Shown here: positions 38,047-50,786 of the stretch, one piece after another
How positions within the stretch are numbered: position 1 is the stretch's first letter
Layout: each line of letters opens with the position of its first letter
Made by a program: the position numbers and the translations under genes
Notes under the pieces: model-generated
Databases searched by the model: none
What the model was told of the DNA's origin: nothing
Seen by the model: the letters and a program-made list of their open reading frames with translations, nothing else
Source: Octopus sinensis
Lineage: Eukaryota
Reading direction: 5' to 3'
Length of the DNA stretch: 64,000 bases
Assembly: GCF_006345805.1 (NCBI RefSeq)
Contig: NC_043021.1
Coordinates: 21,266,001 to 21,330,000 of the forward strand

Positions 38047-38254
38047 TCAAAATGTGACCTCGTGTGTACCGTTGGCGATTTTTTTCCTCTGTCTTCCCTT
38101 CTCTGGATCTTTCCTTCTATGTTTCCAACGAAGAGCTCCGCTCGAAACGTTAAACCCTCCTTCTTTCCTTCTTTCCTGAGCGTCCAATAATACTATATTT
38201 GTTCCACGTCCTCGCGTTGTTGTGTTTTTTTGTGTTTTCTTGTTTGGATTAACT
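38047..38254 (+). mobile_element. Penelope-like terminal repeat, copy 2 (hammerhead core mutated)
   Basis: tcaaaatgtgacc...gtttccaacgaagagctccgctcgaaacgttaaac...ttggattaact; flanked by (TA)n. Confidence 0.6.
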
Positions 38255-38255
38255 T

Positions 38256-38310
<55 letters not shown>

Positions 38311-38825
38311 TGCAGTTGGGTATTATTGGACAAGGTACTTCCCAGGTTCTAAAATTTTGGTACAGAATTTAGTGGGATATTTTCTACCATGAAAGTATGA
38401 TCCTTCTTTTAGTGGTCAAAGTACAAGCCAAGTTTTCATCAAGCTGATTATTAGGATTTGACATCGTTGGCGAAACAGTCAATTAACAGTTGGCTGTTCT
38501 GTAGAGAGAGTGTGATCAAAGTACAGTTGTCTTCAAATTAGCAAGTCTCTCATAGCTTTGTGGTTACAAAGTTCAGGGATTGATTGTTTGGGCTGGAGTC
38601 TTCAGCTTTAGGACAAATTGACTAGGACCTTGTGAATACTGGTCCTTTTAAATGCACATACACATAGACACACACAAATGATTATTACATATGTACATAT
38701 ATATAAATTATATATTGTTATTGTATATTTATGTACATACAAATGTATGTACATGAACATGTATTATATGTGTTAAATATGTATATAAATATATACATAT
38801 AATTATGCATATATATTCACACAGT

Positions 38826-39207
38826 GGAGGCGCAATGGCCCAGTGGTTAGGGCAGCGGACTCACGGTCGTAGGATTGTGGTTTCGATTCCCAGACCGGGC
38901 GTTGTGAGTATTTATTGAGCGAAAACACCTAAAGCTCCATGAGGCTCCGGCAGGGGATGGTGGTGATCCCTGCTGTACTCTTTCACCACAACTTTCTCTC
39001 ACTCTTACTTCCTGTTTCTGTTGTACCTGTATTTCAAAGGGCCGGCCTTGTCACTCTCTGTGTCACGCTGAATATCCCCGAGAACTACGTTAAGGGTACA
39101 CGTGTCTGTGGAGTGCTCAGCCACTTACACGTTAATTTCACGAGCAGGCTGTTCCGTTGATCGGATCAACTGGAACCCTCATCGTCGTAACCGATGGAGT
39201 GCTTCCA
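38826..39207 (+). mobile_element. SINE family B, full length
   Basis: Near-identical to 12616-13000; atatattcacaca at 38811-38823 and 39210-39222 is a probable TSD. Confidence 0.92.
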
Positions 39208-39410
39208 AAATATATTCACACACACACACATATGTGCGTATATGTATTGGAAGAGGTATGGCTGTGTGGCTAAGTTTGCTTCCAACCATATATGGTTTCA
39301 AGTTCAGTCCCACTGCATTGCACCTTGAGCAACTGGAGCCTCAGATCAACTAAGCCTTGAAACTGTATTATATTCAGTTGACAGAAACTGAAAGAACACT
39401 GTTGTGCATA

Positions 39411-39465
<55 letters not shown>

Positions 39466-39686
39466 GTTATACAATTAGGGCTCAGTGAAAATAATTTACT
39501 TTACCACACACTGAAACTTTTAGAAATAGCAGCCAAAAAGTTTTTTAGCTATTTCTTCTACCATATTTTAAATATACCTTGAATGGCCCTCTTACATACT
39601 GAACACTACCTGGTAAAATTAATTAATAATTAATTGATTTTTACCCTTTTATTATTGATATATATATATGTGTGTGTGTGTGTGTG

Positions 39687-41012
39687 TTAGGTGATTCCAT
39701 AAAGAATGTGGGTTTTTTCAATTGCACGAACTAAAAGTCGGAGGGGGATTGGATAAACTACCTTTATCAACTTGCTATAAGAGCAAGTAGTAATTTTACC
39801 TTGTACTTATTCTTAGTGCAAGTTTTGAAGAGTGCAGTTTGGTTTCAACAGTTATTTTTTGAAAGCTATTATGGAAGTGAGAAAGGAGCATATTCAGTAT
39901 ATTTTACTTTATGAGTTCAATAAAGATAATAATGTAATAGAAAATGTGAGGAATCTTAATGCAGTCTATGAGGATCAGACAACAAGTATAAACCAGTGTC
40001 AATGGTGGTTCCAGGAATTCTGAGCCGTAAGTACAGCCTAGAAAATGAACCTTGTCCGGAAAGATCTGTAGAGTTCAACAAGGACATCCTGCAAACCCTT
40101 GTGGAACAAAATCCCATGGTAACTGTTGAGGAACTATCAGAGAAGCTTGGATTTGGTCATTCAACCAGTCATTCAAGTCAGCGCTAGATGAAAAATGACC
40201 ATCTTTGGTTTGAAGACCAAAAGTGTTCTTCCATCAGGATAACGCTCAGCCTCATACAGCGAGGATGACATTCCAAATGCTGGAGCAGTTTGAATGGGGA
40301 AACGATGCCCACCCACCATATTTGGTAGACATCGCCCCATATGATTATCATTTATTCCAGTCTTCAAAATCATTTGGATGGAAAAATATGAATTATGTAG
40401 ATGCTGTCAGAACCAGTACTGGAGGAGTATTTTTCATCAGGGACAAGTGAATTTTGGAAGAGGGACCTTGCAAGTCTATCAGATAGATGGAAGAGCATTG
40501 TAGAAAATGAAGATTTTATTTTAGATTAAAAAGGGACATTGTTTATCTTAATTTTGAAAAATAAAAGTAGTATTAGGTGCAGGAGTGGCTGTGTGGTAAG
40601 TAGCTTGCTAACCAAACTACATGGTTCCGGGTTCAGTCCCACTGCGTGGCATCTTGGGCAAGTGTCTTCTGCTATAGCCCCGGGTTGACCAATGCCTTGT
40701 GAGTGGATTTGGTGGACGGAAACTGAAAGAAGCCTGTCGTATATATGTATATATATATGTGTGTATATGTTTGTGTATCTGTGTTTGTCCCCCTAGCATT
40801 GCTTGACCACCGATGCTGGTGTGTTTAGGTCCCCGTCACTTAGCGGTTCGGCAAAAAGAGACCGATAGAATAAGTACTGGGCTTACAAAGAATAAGTCTC
40901 GGGGCGATTTGCTCGACTAAAGGTGGTGCTTCAGCATGGCCGCAGTCAAATGACTGAAACAAGTAAAAGAGTAAAGAGTATTAAAAATCGCACTATTCAT
41001 GGGATGACCCAA
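39687..41012 (+). mobile_element. Mariner relic with both TIRs, internal deletion and nested SINE
   Basis: Left TIR ttaggtgattccataaagaatgtg, right TIR cgcactattcatgggatgacccaa; peptides YEFNKDNN..QCQWWFQ, FHQDNAQPHTARMT, PPYLVDIAPYDYHLF (YSPDLAPSDYHLF-like). Confidence 0.88.
40576..40976 (+). mobile_element. SINE family A inserted in the mariner, TSD agtatta
   Basis: agtatta at 40569-40575 and 40977-40983. Confidence 0.9.
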
Positions 41013-41017
41013 TATAT

Positions 41018-41235
41018 CCAAGGGGGTGCTGAAAAGTTCTTGGTTTTAAGGGTTTCATGAAAGGCCTGGTTGGGGGCCCAGCTTCTGATTTCTGTTACAA
41101 GGCTTTGGAAAAACTGAAGGGCCCTGCAAATAAGTGTGTAATTCTGAGAGGGGAATATGTTGAATAGAATTGTAATTAACTGATCCTCCTGTATTTTCTT
41201 TCGCACAAATCCAGGAACTTTTCAGTACCCACTTG
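41018..41235. mobile_element. Mariner-derived MITE (family 2)
   Basis: TIR caagggggtgctgaaaagttc / gaactttttcagtaccc; retains transposase end ...GEYVE*; related to 48801-49003. Confidence 0.75.
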
Positions 41236-41726
41236 TTTGAAGCAGGTAAGAGTTGGTGATGGGTGACAGAAGACGCAACTGGCCATAGAGAATCTGTCTC
41301 TATAAACTTTACCAAACCCATTCAAGCATTGGAAAGTAGGTATTAAATGATGATGATGATGATATGCATAAGTTACAATGCATATTATGCACACATACAT
41401 ACACACAGATGCAGGGATTGGCTGTGTGGCAAGAAGTTTGTTTGCCAACCACATGGTTCCAGGTTCAGTCCACTGAGTGATACTTTGGGCAACTATCTTC
41501 TACTATGACCCCAGGCTAACCAAAGCTTTGTGAATGGAGTAGGTAAATGGAAACTGAAAGAAACCTGTTGAATATATCAATCTGTCTGTGTCCATCCATC
41601 CATCCATCCATCCATCCAATGTGAGGATATCTTGTCCTCATAAGAAATAACTACATGCAAAATTTCACCATTGAGGAAAATTTTCTTTGATATGTATGGC
41701 ATTATTATATGTATAAATATGATTAA

Positions 41727-42786
41727 ATCATCATCATCATTTAACGTCCGCTTTCCATGCTAGCATGGGTTGGACGGTTCAACTGGGGTCTGGGGAGCCC
41801 GAAGGCTGCACCAGGCCAGTCAGATCTGGCAGTGTTTCTACAGCTGGATGCCCTTCCTAACGCCAACCACTCCGAGAGCGTAGTGGGTGATTTTATGTGC
41901 CACCGACACAGGTGCGAGAGCGTAGTGGGTGATTTTATGTGCCACCGACACAGGTGCCAGACGAAGCTGGCGAACGGCCACGCTCGGATGGTGTTTTTAT
42001 GTGCCACCGACACAGGTGCCAGACAAGGCTAGCAGACGACCACGCTCGGATGGTGTTTTTATGTGCCACCGACACAGGTGCCAGACAAGGCTAGCAGACG
42101 ACCACGCTCGGATGGTGTTTTTTTTTTTTTTTGTGCCACCGACACAGGAGCCAGATTAGGCTGGCGATCGGCCACGATTGGATGGTGATTGTTACGTGCC
42201 CACAGCATGGAGGCCAGTCGGTGCAGTACTGGCTACGGATGGTTTTCTTGTGTGCCACCGGCACTGGTACCACAAAGATACAAATTCCATTGATGTTCAT
42301 CTATTTTGATTTTGTTTGATTTTTCACTTGCCTCAACAGGTCTTCACAAGTGTCACAAGAAGGAAGGTATGCACAGGTGGACTGACTACGTCCCAGGTAG
42401 GGGCCACGGGTTATGGCCTGACTAGTCTTGCCGGGTCTTCTCAGGCACAGCATACTTCCATAGGTCTCGGTCTCTAGTCATTTCCTTGGTGAGACCTAAA
42501 GTTCGTAGGTCGTGCTTCACCACTTCGTCCCAGGTTTTCCTGGGTCTACCTCTTCCACAGGTTCCCTCAACTGCTAGGGTGTAGCACTTTTGCACACAAC
42601 TATCTTCAGCCATTCTCGTCATATGACCATACCAGCGCAGCCGTCTCTCTTGCACACCACAACTGACGCTTCTTAGGTTCAACTTTTCTCTCAAGGTACT
42701 TACACTCTGACGATTATGAACACTGACATTACACATCCATCGGAGCATACTGGCTTCATTTCTTGCGAGCTTACGCATATCCTCGC
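41727..42786 (-). mobile_element. RTE LINE, 5'-truncated: ORF2 C-terminus (42422-42778) + ~700 bp 3' UTR with tandem repeats + (GAT)n tail
   Basis: MLRWMCNV...LREKL...RRLRWYGHMTRM...GRGRPRKTWDEVVKHDL: characteristic RTE ORF2 C-terminal motifs, uninterrupted for 118 codons. Confidence 0.93.
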
Positions 42787-42929
42787 ATAAATAATCAAAT
42801 TAAATGGAGAGTTGGAAAGAATGTAAAATTAATTTATTAACATACTGCCAAAAGAAAAACCAAATTATAGTCAAATAAAAACCTATGCCCATTTCAATTC
42901 ACATGTGCTGTTCATGAAATTTTTCCTTC

Positions 42930-43060
42930 TCTAGACTTTTCCATTTTCCTTTCTGATGAAGAGCTATGCTCAAAAAATTAAAAACCTACTCTTCTTTCCA
43001 CCCTTCCTCAACGTTAAACTAATACATGCCATGTGTACATCTTCTTGCTTTGTTTTTGCT
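42930..43060 (+). mobile_element. Strongly decayed Penelope-like terminal repeat, copy 3
   Basis: ttctgatgaagagctatgctcaaaaaattaaaaacctactcttctttcc aligns with copies at 32083 and 38121. Confidence 0.45.
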
Positions 43061-43107
43061 ATTTCTAATATTAAATTGTTTGTTCAAATTTTAATATTCA
43101 TTTTGAT

Positions 43108-43138
<31 letters not shown>

Positions 43139-43139
<1 letters not shown>

Positions 43140-43527
43140 CTAGCAGTATCGCCCGGCGTTGCTCGGGTTTGTAAGGGAAATAACTATATAAGCATTTTTA
43201 GAGATGTAAAGTATAATAAGCCTTCTCAATATGGCTAACCACAAAGTGGGGGTGTTACTGTAGCTTTTTTACGTTCTGAGATTTAATAATAAATTTTTAG
43301 AGAGTTACTTCCCTTATATATGCCAAAAATGCATTAAAAATGGGAAAAATTCATGGTAAATTTTTTTTTAAATCGTAGACGCGCGCTAATACCCAGAAGG
43401 GCTCCATATGAATCGCGACTATAAGATACCCGGTTTTGGTTAAACTGCACCGCAAAATGTGGGAGTAGTTAGGAATCTAAATCGTAGGAGACAGACAGCA
43501 CACAACCTCACTTTTATATATAAAGAT
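43139..43527 (+). mobile_element. Helitron-type element, long variant
   Basis: Same ends as 19057; extra 99 bp between direct repeats tttttagaga (43195-43204, 43294-43303). Confidence 0.65.
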
Positions 43528-43828
43528 ATGTGTGTGTGTGTCTTTTATTGAATTCTTACCCTGACATCATGTGATTGTTGTAAACGAGTATCACTGTCAT
43601 GCAAGCAGTGTCTTTCGATTCTGAGCCTCCATGGAAGCATGTTAGTAAATGGTGAATATTATCTTACTTAAAAACAGGTGAGGGTTGATGACAGGGAGAG
43701 CATCAAGCTGTAGAATACCCACCTTGACACATTCTGTCTAACCCATGCAGGCATGGAAATGTGAACGTTAAGACGATGATGATGACGACACAAATACACA
43801 TACTTATTCATTCTAAAATATTTTTAAC

Positions 43829-44230
43829 AGGCGCAGGAGTGGCTGTGTGGTAAGTAGCTTGCTAACCAACCACATGGTTCCGGGTTCAGTCCCACTGCGT
43901 GGCATCTTGGGCAAGTGTCTTCTGCTATAGCCCCAGGCCGACCAATGCCTTGTGAGTGGATTTGGTAGACGGAAACTGAAAGAAGCCTGTCGTATATATG
44001 TATATATATATGTGTGTGTGTATATTTTTGTGCGTCTCTGTTTGTCCCCCTAGCATTGCTTGACAACTGATGCTGGTGTGTTTACGTCTCCGTTACTTAG
44101 TGGTTCGGCAAAAGAGACCGATAGAATAAGTACTGGGCTTACAAAGAATAAGTCCCGGGATCGATTTGCTCGACTAAAGGCGGTGCTCCAGCATGGCTGC
44201 AGTCAAATGACTGAAACAAGTAAAAGAGTA
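43829..44230 (+). mobile_element. SINE family A, full length
   Basis: Head, spacer, tail. Confidence 0.92.
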
Positions 44231-44569
44231 ACATGTTATATATTACTATTAATCCTCATATCACAATATACACTGTGAATCAATAAACAGTTTTTTTTCT
44301 CCCAGTTCTTCTTTGGTATTTTTCTTGCATTTAAGATGTTGAAATGTTTCTGAAATGTAGTCAGTTTTCCTTTAATTTTCTCTTGTTTAAATGAAACATA
44401 AAATACGCTTTGATGATAGAGATGGAAAGAGCAATTTCAGCTCTATTTTTTTTCTGTTTTTTTGTTGCTTGTTTGTTTGTGTGTGTGTGTATGTATACTT
44501 GTGAGTAGTAGTGATGGCGGTACTGCTGGTATGTCTGTTTTTTTGAGTGAATGTATATGAATAAATACA

Positions 44570-44798
44570 CATCTATCTATCTATCTATCTATCTATTCAC
44601 CCTCCCATCAGATGTGTTTATATTTAGGTATATATGTATGTGTATATATATATTAATATGTATATGTATATAAGCATATTTATATATATGTATACATATA
44701 TATTTGTATATATTATGTTCGGGTGTGTGGTTGCATGGATGTGTGTCTATATATATGTGTGTGTGTGTGTATATATCTAGACGTATATGCATACAGAT

Positions 44799-44837
<39 letters not shown>

Positions 44838-45660
44838 TACATAAATATATATATAAATATATAGGTGTATATATTTTTATCTTTACACACACACGATATG
44901 TGTGTGTGCGTGCATATATATTTGAATGTGTTTGTAGATATTTATACTATGCATATCTGTGCTTGTATATGTCTGTGTATACATGTGTATTTATGTGTCT
45001 TTACATTTATGTAAATATATGTGTGCATATATTTATGCTTGTATACCTGTGTTTATATTTGTATTTATGTGCATGCGTATGTGTAGTATATGTATGTGTG
45101 TGTGTATGTGTGTGCATCCATGTGTGTGTACATATATATATATACACACATACATATGTATATCTATATATATATACATACATATATATATATGTGTGTG
45201 TGTATATACATACATACATATGTATATATACATATGTTTATATACAGAAATATAGGCGTACAAATATATATATATACACATATATATGTTGATGTGTGTA
45301 AGCATATATATATATTCACACATATATATATATATATATGTTGATGTGTTTATATATATATGTATATACATACATATGTATATATACAGAAATATATGCA
45401 TACAAATATATACATATATTATATATATATATATAATATATATATATTATATATATATATGAATATATATGATATATATATATATATATATATGAATATA
45501 TATGAATATATAATATATATATATATATAATATATACATACAACATATACACACACAGATATATATATACATACATACATATACACACACAGATATATAT
45601 ATACATACATATACACACACAGATATATATATATATATACATATGTATATATATATATAT
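44570..45660. repeat. ~1.1 kb compound (TA)/(TG)/(TATG) microsatellite field
   Basis: Direct reading. Confidence 0.95.
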
Positions 45661-46289
45661 CAATTACATTAGAATGTTGTGACCAACAGTTATTATTGAT
45701 CTGTATAGATTTTCCAGGTAATTGATTTGTGGCTCTACCGTTACTTATTGTTCATTTTTACTTTGTTAAAATGATTACTTTTAGTTTTGTATTGTTTCAG
45801 GGAATACCTATTCAGCAATTTGGTTTGTTTCTTGCACTTAACAGTCAAAATCTGTTGCAGTCCTAAATACTGAGGATGAGTGTATTTATAAATTATATAT
45901 GATAATGATTTTGTGGCAGATACAGGTATGATTGCTGGTTAAGATGTTGGCTTCATAACCACAAGGTTGATAATGGAAGACTGTGGTACTTTACACAGGT
46001 TTTCTTGGTTTTTTTTTTTTTTTTGATTTCCAAAATTACTTTGTACCTTGTGAGAGAAATTCGGCAGATGGAAATTGTGAAAATGTTTATTTGTATAATT
46101 CCCATACATGGGGGTCTTTGACTCAGTCCTGCTGAATCGTTCCATCAGCAGTGCTCCTACTGAGAAATCTCCCACATTCGCAGCTTGCTTTCCACTTAAT
46201 TCCATACTGCACACACTCACTAAACTGCCCCCAAAACTATTTTTTTCCCACTCTATCATGTCTGCTGCCTTTCACACATATACCCTAAG

Positions 46290-46805
46290 TGTGGAAGCAT
46301 CTTCTGTAGGCTTGAAAACCTACAAGGCCATAATCCCTGACTATGTCCTTTTTGCTATACTCAAGCATTGTGCTCAGAGCTATTCTTACCCTCACCAAAC
46401 TCTTCAATATCTCTTTCTCTCTTAGCAGTAGAGACAAGCAGCCTCTGACCCTGCTTTATCGCACTTCCAGTATCTCAAAAGTTGGCTACAGCATTCCCCA
46501 ATATCTTGAATCTTCCTCCTTTCTAATGACCTTCGATATGGTTTTCATAGTATCGGATGTGTTGGAAACCTATCTCTTCAGTTATTCACCAGTAGGCTCT
46601 TATTTTCAGGAAATTTTGTGAGAGCAGTTGTTGCCTTTGATCTTAGCAAGGCTCTTATATGTATCTGGTATGTGAACCTCTTGTCATCTCGACTCTATGA
46701 TCCATTTACATCCTCATTTCTTGGATTGGTACATTCCTGTGAGATCACTGTCATAGTATATGCTGATGAAACTTTTTAATGCATACTTTATAAACTCTGG
46801 TGTCA
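46290..46805 (+). mobile_element. Decayed LINE reverse-transcriptase fragment (Jockey/I/CR1 superfamily)
   Basis: KAIIPDYVLFAILKHCA (KAPGPDGI..LK.CA-like), RAVVAFDLSKALICIWYVNLL (ALDISKAFDRVWH-like), INSGV (GVPQG-like); many stops. Confidence 0.7.
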
Positions 46806-46925
46806 CCTTAGGCAAGTGTCTTCTACTATAACTCTAGACTGTCCAAAGCCTTGTGAGTGGATTTGGTAGACAGAAACCAAAAGAAATTCAGTGTGTGTGT
46901 GTGTGTAATTATATATTTATATATG

Positions 46926-47177
46926 TTGGGTTGGTGTATAATTATTGCGGCTTTTTTTCAACAGATTTTTTTCAACAAAAACAATAACAATATCTTACAA
47001 AAAACATCTTTAAACGATGGTTTGACTGTCTGTCAAGCAAATGGGAAGCAGTAATTGAAGTAGATGGTGAATATGCTCCAGAATAATCATTCAAAGATGT
47101 TTTTGTTACATGTTGTTACTGTTTTTGTTGAATAAAATTTGTTGGAAAAAGGCCGCAATAATTATGCACCAACCCAA
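46926..47177. mobile_element. Mariner MITE with Hsmar1/MADE1-like TIRs
   Basis: ttgggttggtgtataattattgcggc / gccgcaataattatgcaccaacccaa; internal remnant ...LSSKWEAVIEVDGEYAPE*; TA on the right flank. Confidence 0.85.
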
Positions 47178-48167
47178 TATATATATATATGAATATGTGT
47201 GTGTGTGAATATGTGTATATAATGTTTTATTGATGCTGATCAACTTTAACCTGTTACTCCAAGTTTCACGTAACTGATCATCAAACAAAAAAGAACTTTT
47301 GGAACAACACAGCGATTTTGAATTGTGTAACGAGTATTTGTTGGCAAATAATCAAACAGACATTACAAGCTTACTGGATGAGGGTGTATGACATTTGAAA
47401 ACGAATGGAACCTGTTGGATAAGGATTGGCTGTTGATGAAAAATAATATAATCATTAATAATGAGAGAAATAAAGTTTAATAAAAGGAAAAAACTAAGCA
47501 TTGATATACAAAAATGGTTAAAATATCTACAGTAAAAAAAAAAAAGATTCCTGACACAAACTATTTTATAATTTAAAATACATTAATGGAACTTGTTTAT
47601 TACTCTCTCTTTTAGTCTCTTACTTGTTTGTCATTTGACTGAGGTCATGCTGGAGCACTGTCTTTATAGTCGAGCAAATCGACATACAGGTGTAGGGTAA
47701 CAGAAAAAGGTAAACTTCATATGGGGCAGGTGCACAGGGGCAGCAAGTACTGAGAGCAGTGTGTCTTGTTTTAGTGCTGTTTTCTCATTGATTTTACTGC
47801 TTTTTCATCTGCAAGCCTTAGCCTCTCTTTTTGTCTTACTCATACAGACATAGACATCAATAAATAGAATAAGAAATAATATCTATTACATCCAATGCTG
47901 TTATTGCCAGTTAAATTCATTTATGACTAATGCTTTATATGCTTTAGTAGTGTATCACAAAATACTATCATATACCTCATGTGTATATGTGTATATGTGT
48001 ATATATACATGTGTGTCAGTGTTTAGTAACTTTACTGCATAAATCTATAGCAAAACAATAGAATCCAAGGAAACTAGTGATGGTTTGTAAATATTGGGTA
48101 CAAAAAGTTAACAAAGTGGAATAAATTACTTTGCCATGAAGAAAAGAAGTTTAATGTATTGTCGCGT

Positions 48168-48527
48168 GAGCGGCCGATCATTGTGATCATTGCCAGAGCA
48201 GCCAACTGGCTTCCGTACCTGTGGCACGTAAAAGGGCATCGTTCGAGCGTGATCGTTACTAACATCACTTCACTGGCACCTGTGTTGGTGGACGTGTAAA
48301 GAGATTCGAGCGAGGTCATTGCCAGTACCGCCTGACTGGCCCCCATGCAGGTGGCATGTAAAAAGCACCCACTACACTCTTGGAGTGGTTGGCGTTAGGA
48401 AGGGCATCCAGCTGTAGAAACTCTGCCAGATCAAGACTGGAGCCTGGTGCAGCCATCTGGTTGCCAGCCCTCAGTCAAAACCGTCCAACCCATGCTAGCA
48501 TGGAAAACAGACGTTAAACGATGATGA
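48168..48527 (+). mobile_element. RTE 3' UTR fragment
   Basis: Ends gacgttaaacgatgatga. Confidence 0.85.
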
Positions 48528-48800
48528 GTAATCCCGCAATAGACCAGCATCCCATACAAGTGGGGAATTTATGAGCCATGGAAACCAGAAAACTGGCCCT
48601 TATGAGTTGGTACGACTCAAGAAGACAACTGCATCTTAGGGTTTCTGTTGAATAATGAATAATGTATTGTGGTTTTAGTCCCAAGTCAACTTTGGTTGAA
48701 GAGATCCATAATCAGACCTTTTCCAGATACAATGTATCTAGTTGTACATTATCCAATATGTTCTTACTTTCTCAAATCTGTCAAGAGACAGATATACATA

Positions 48801-49003
48801 CAAGGTCTGACAAGTTCTTGGCTTTAAGGATATCACGAAAGGCCTGGCTTGAGATCCAACCACCAAAGTTTTTTTTTTACAGGGCTTAGAAAAACTGAAG
48901 GACTGCTGCAATCAAGAGGGGAATATGTTGAATAAAATCACGTTTAACTCACCCTCTTTTTATTTTCTTTTACCCAAAACCAGGGACTTTTCAGCATCCC
49001 TTG
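48801..49003. mobile_element. Mariner-derived MITE (family 2), TA-flanked
   Basis: caagg..tgacaagttcttggcttt ... accagggacttttcagcatcccttg; gggaatatgttgaataa as in 41018-41235. Confidence 0.75.
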
Positions 49004-49180
49004 TATATAGATAAATTCTCGTTTTGATGACTAGACACACACACACACGTTTTGAGAGAGAGAGAGAGGGAGAGAGAAAGAAAGCAAGCCTTGTGGAGAG
49101 ATACACAGGCACTTGTCTGGTTGAGTAAATGAAAAGTGTTGTCAGATCCAAAAGACAAACTGATTTTGACAATATTTATA

Positions 49181-49580
49181 TCTCTTTTACTCTTTTACTT
49201 GTTTCAGTCATTTGACTGCGGCCATGCTGGAGCACCGCCTTTAATCGAGCAACTCGACCCTGGGACTTATTCTTTTGTAAGCCCAGTACTTATTCTATCA
49301 GTCTCTTTTGCCGAACCGCTAAGTAACGGGGACATAAACACACCAGCATCGGTTGTCAAGCAATGCTAGGGGACAAACACACAAACACATACACACATAC
49401 ATATATATATATACATATATACGACGGGCTTCTTTCAGTTTCCGTCTACCAAATCCACTCACAAGTCTTTGGTCGACCCGAGGCTATAGTAGAAGACACT
49501 TGCCCAAGGTGCCACGCAGTGGGACTGAACCCGGAACCATGAGGTTGGTAAACAAGCTACTTACCACACAGCCACTCCTG
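49181..49580 (-). mobile_element. SINE family A
   Basis: Full reverse copy. Confidence 0.9.
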
Positions 49581-50069
49581 TGCATATATCTCTTCATGTT
49601 TTCTAGAAACATCTGCCTGTATCTTAGAAAACGTACCAAATAATTTTATTTCAGTTTTATGTCTTTAATAATAATAATAATAATAATAATTTTCTTTTTA
49701 TAATGAGCTGTAATGAAGTTGGTCATGTTTATGTATGCGATGCTACAGAATGTTATTTGAACTGTCACTGGAAATTTATCATTGCCTTCATAGAAAAAAA
49801 TATTTTTGGAGCAATATATATATACTTCATCATTGCCATTATCATCATTGTTTTAATGTCCACTTTTTCTTTGCTCTGCAACTGTGTGGAAACTTGTGTA
49901 TGTGTGTGGGTGGGTGTATATTACTATTATATATATATATATATATAGGAGGCTATGAATGACCTGTCCTTGTTTTTTCCTGTCTGTCTTCGCATTGTCT
50001 ATCTGTCCGGATGTTTTATTGTCAACTGTTGTGTTATTGTTCCATTTTTTGGCTATCATGGCTGTGGTC

Positions 50070-50389
50070 GTTGTCAGCACCGCCCCGATTGGCCTTCGTG
50101 CCGGTGGCACGTAAAAATCGCCATCCGATCATGGCCATTGCCAGCCTCGCTTGGCCCCCGTGCCGGTGGCACATAAAAAGCACCATCCGATTGTGGCCGT
50201 TTGCCAGCCTTGTCTGGCACTTGTGCCGGTGGCACATAAAAAGCACCCACTACACTCACGGAGTGCTTGGCGTTAGGAAGGGCATCCAGATCAGACTGGG
50301 CCTGGAGCAGCCTTCTGGCTTCCCAGACCCCAGTTGAACCGTCCAACCCATGCTAGCATGGAAAGCGGATGCTAAATGATGATGATGAT
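50070..50389 (+). mobile_element. RTE 3' UTR fragment
   Basis: gtgccggtggcac units; tail aaatgatgatgatgat. Confidence 0.85.
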
Positions 50390-50465
50390 ATTATAAGTAT
50401 TATTACAATACAGTAGTATTATTTTCCAGCAAAATAAGGCACCATAACAGTAGAATTATAAATAG

Positions 50466-50728
50466 GAAATAGTGGCACAACAAGGTAGATCTAGCTGATG
50501 AAGACTAATCAGTATTACAAAGAACAAATGTAGTCTGAAAAGTCCGAAACTTGAGAACTAGGTCGTCCATTTCTCTGGCATTCTTCTTAGAGGTAAGACG
50601 AAAATTTTTCATGTTTGCTGTCCGCACACATCTTTGCCTCTATACATTCAGTGAACCTTTACCTAGCGTCGAACGGTTATTGACTGCTATTTCCAGCAAA
50701 AATTGGTACCTTGTTGTGCCACTATTTC
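50466..50728. repeat. 263-bp unit bounded by perfect 22-bp inverted repeats (possible MITE)
   Basis: gaaatagtggcacaacaaggta (50466-50487) / taccttgttgtgccactatttc (50707-50728). Confidence 0.65.
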
Positions 50729-50786
50729 TTTTATATACTCTTTTACTCTTTTCAGTCATTTGACTGTGGCCATGCTAGAGCACCAC

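Noticed and set aside
41880-42270. Repeat-spacer pattern resembling a CRISPR array
   Set aside because: Spacers are homologous to each other, the array is in a LINE 3' UTR of a eukaryote, and no cas genes are present.
47281-47480. KELLEQHSDFELCNEYLL... coding-like frame
   Set aside because: Bounded by stops with no splice acceptor; more likely a very old transposase remnant, not assignable.
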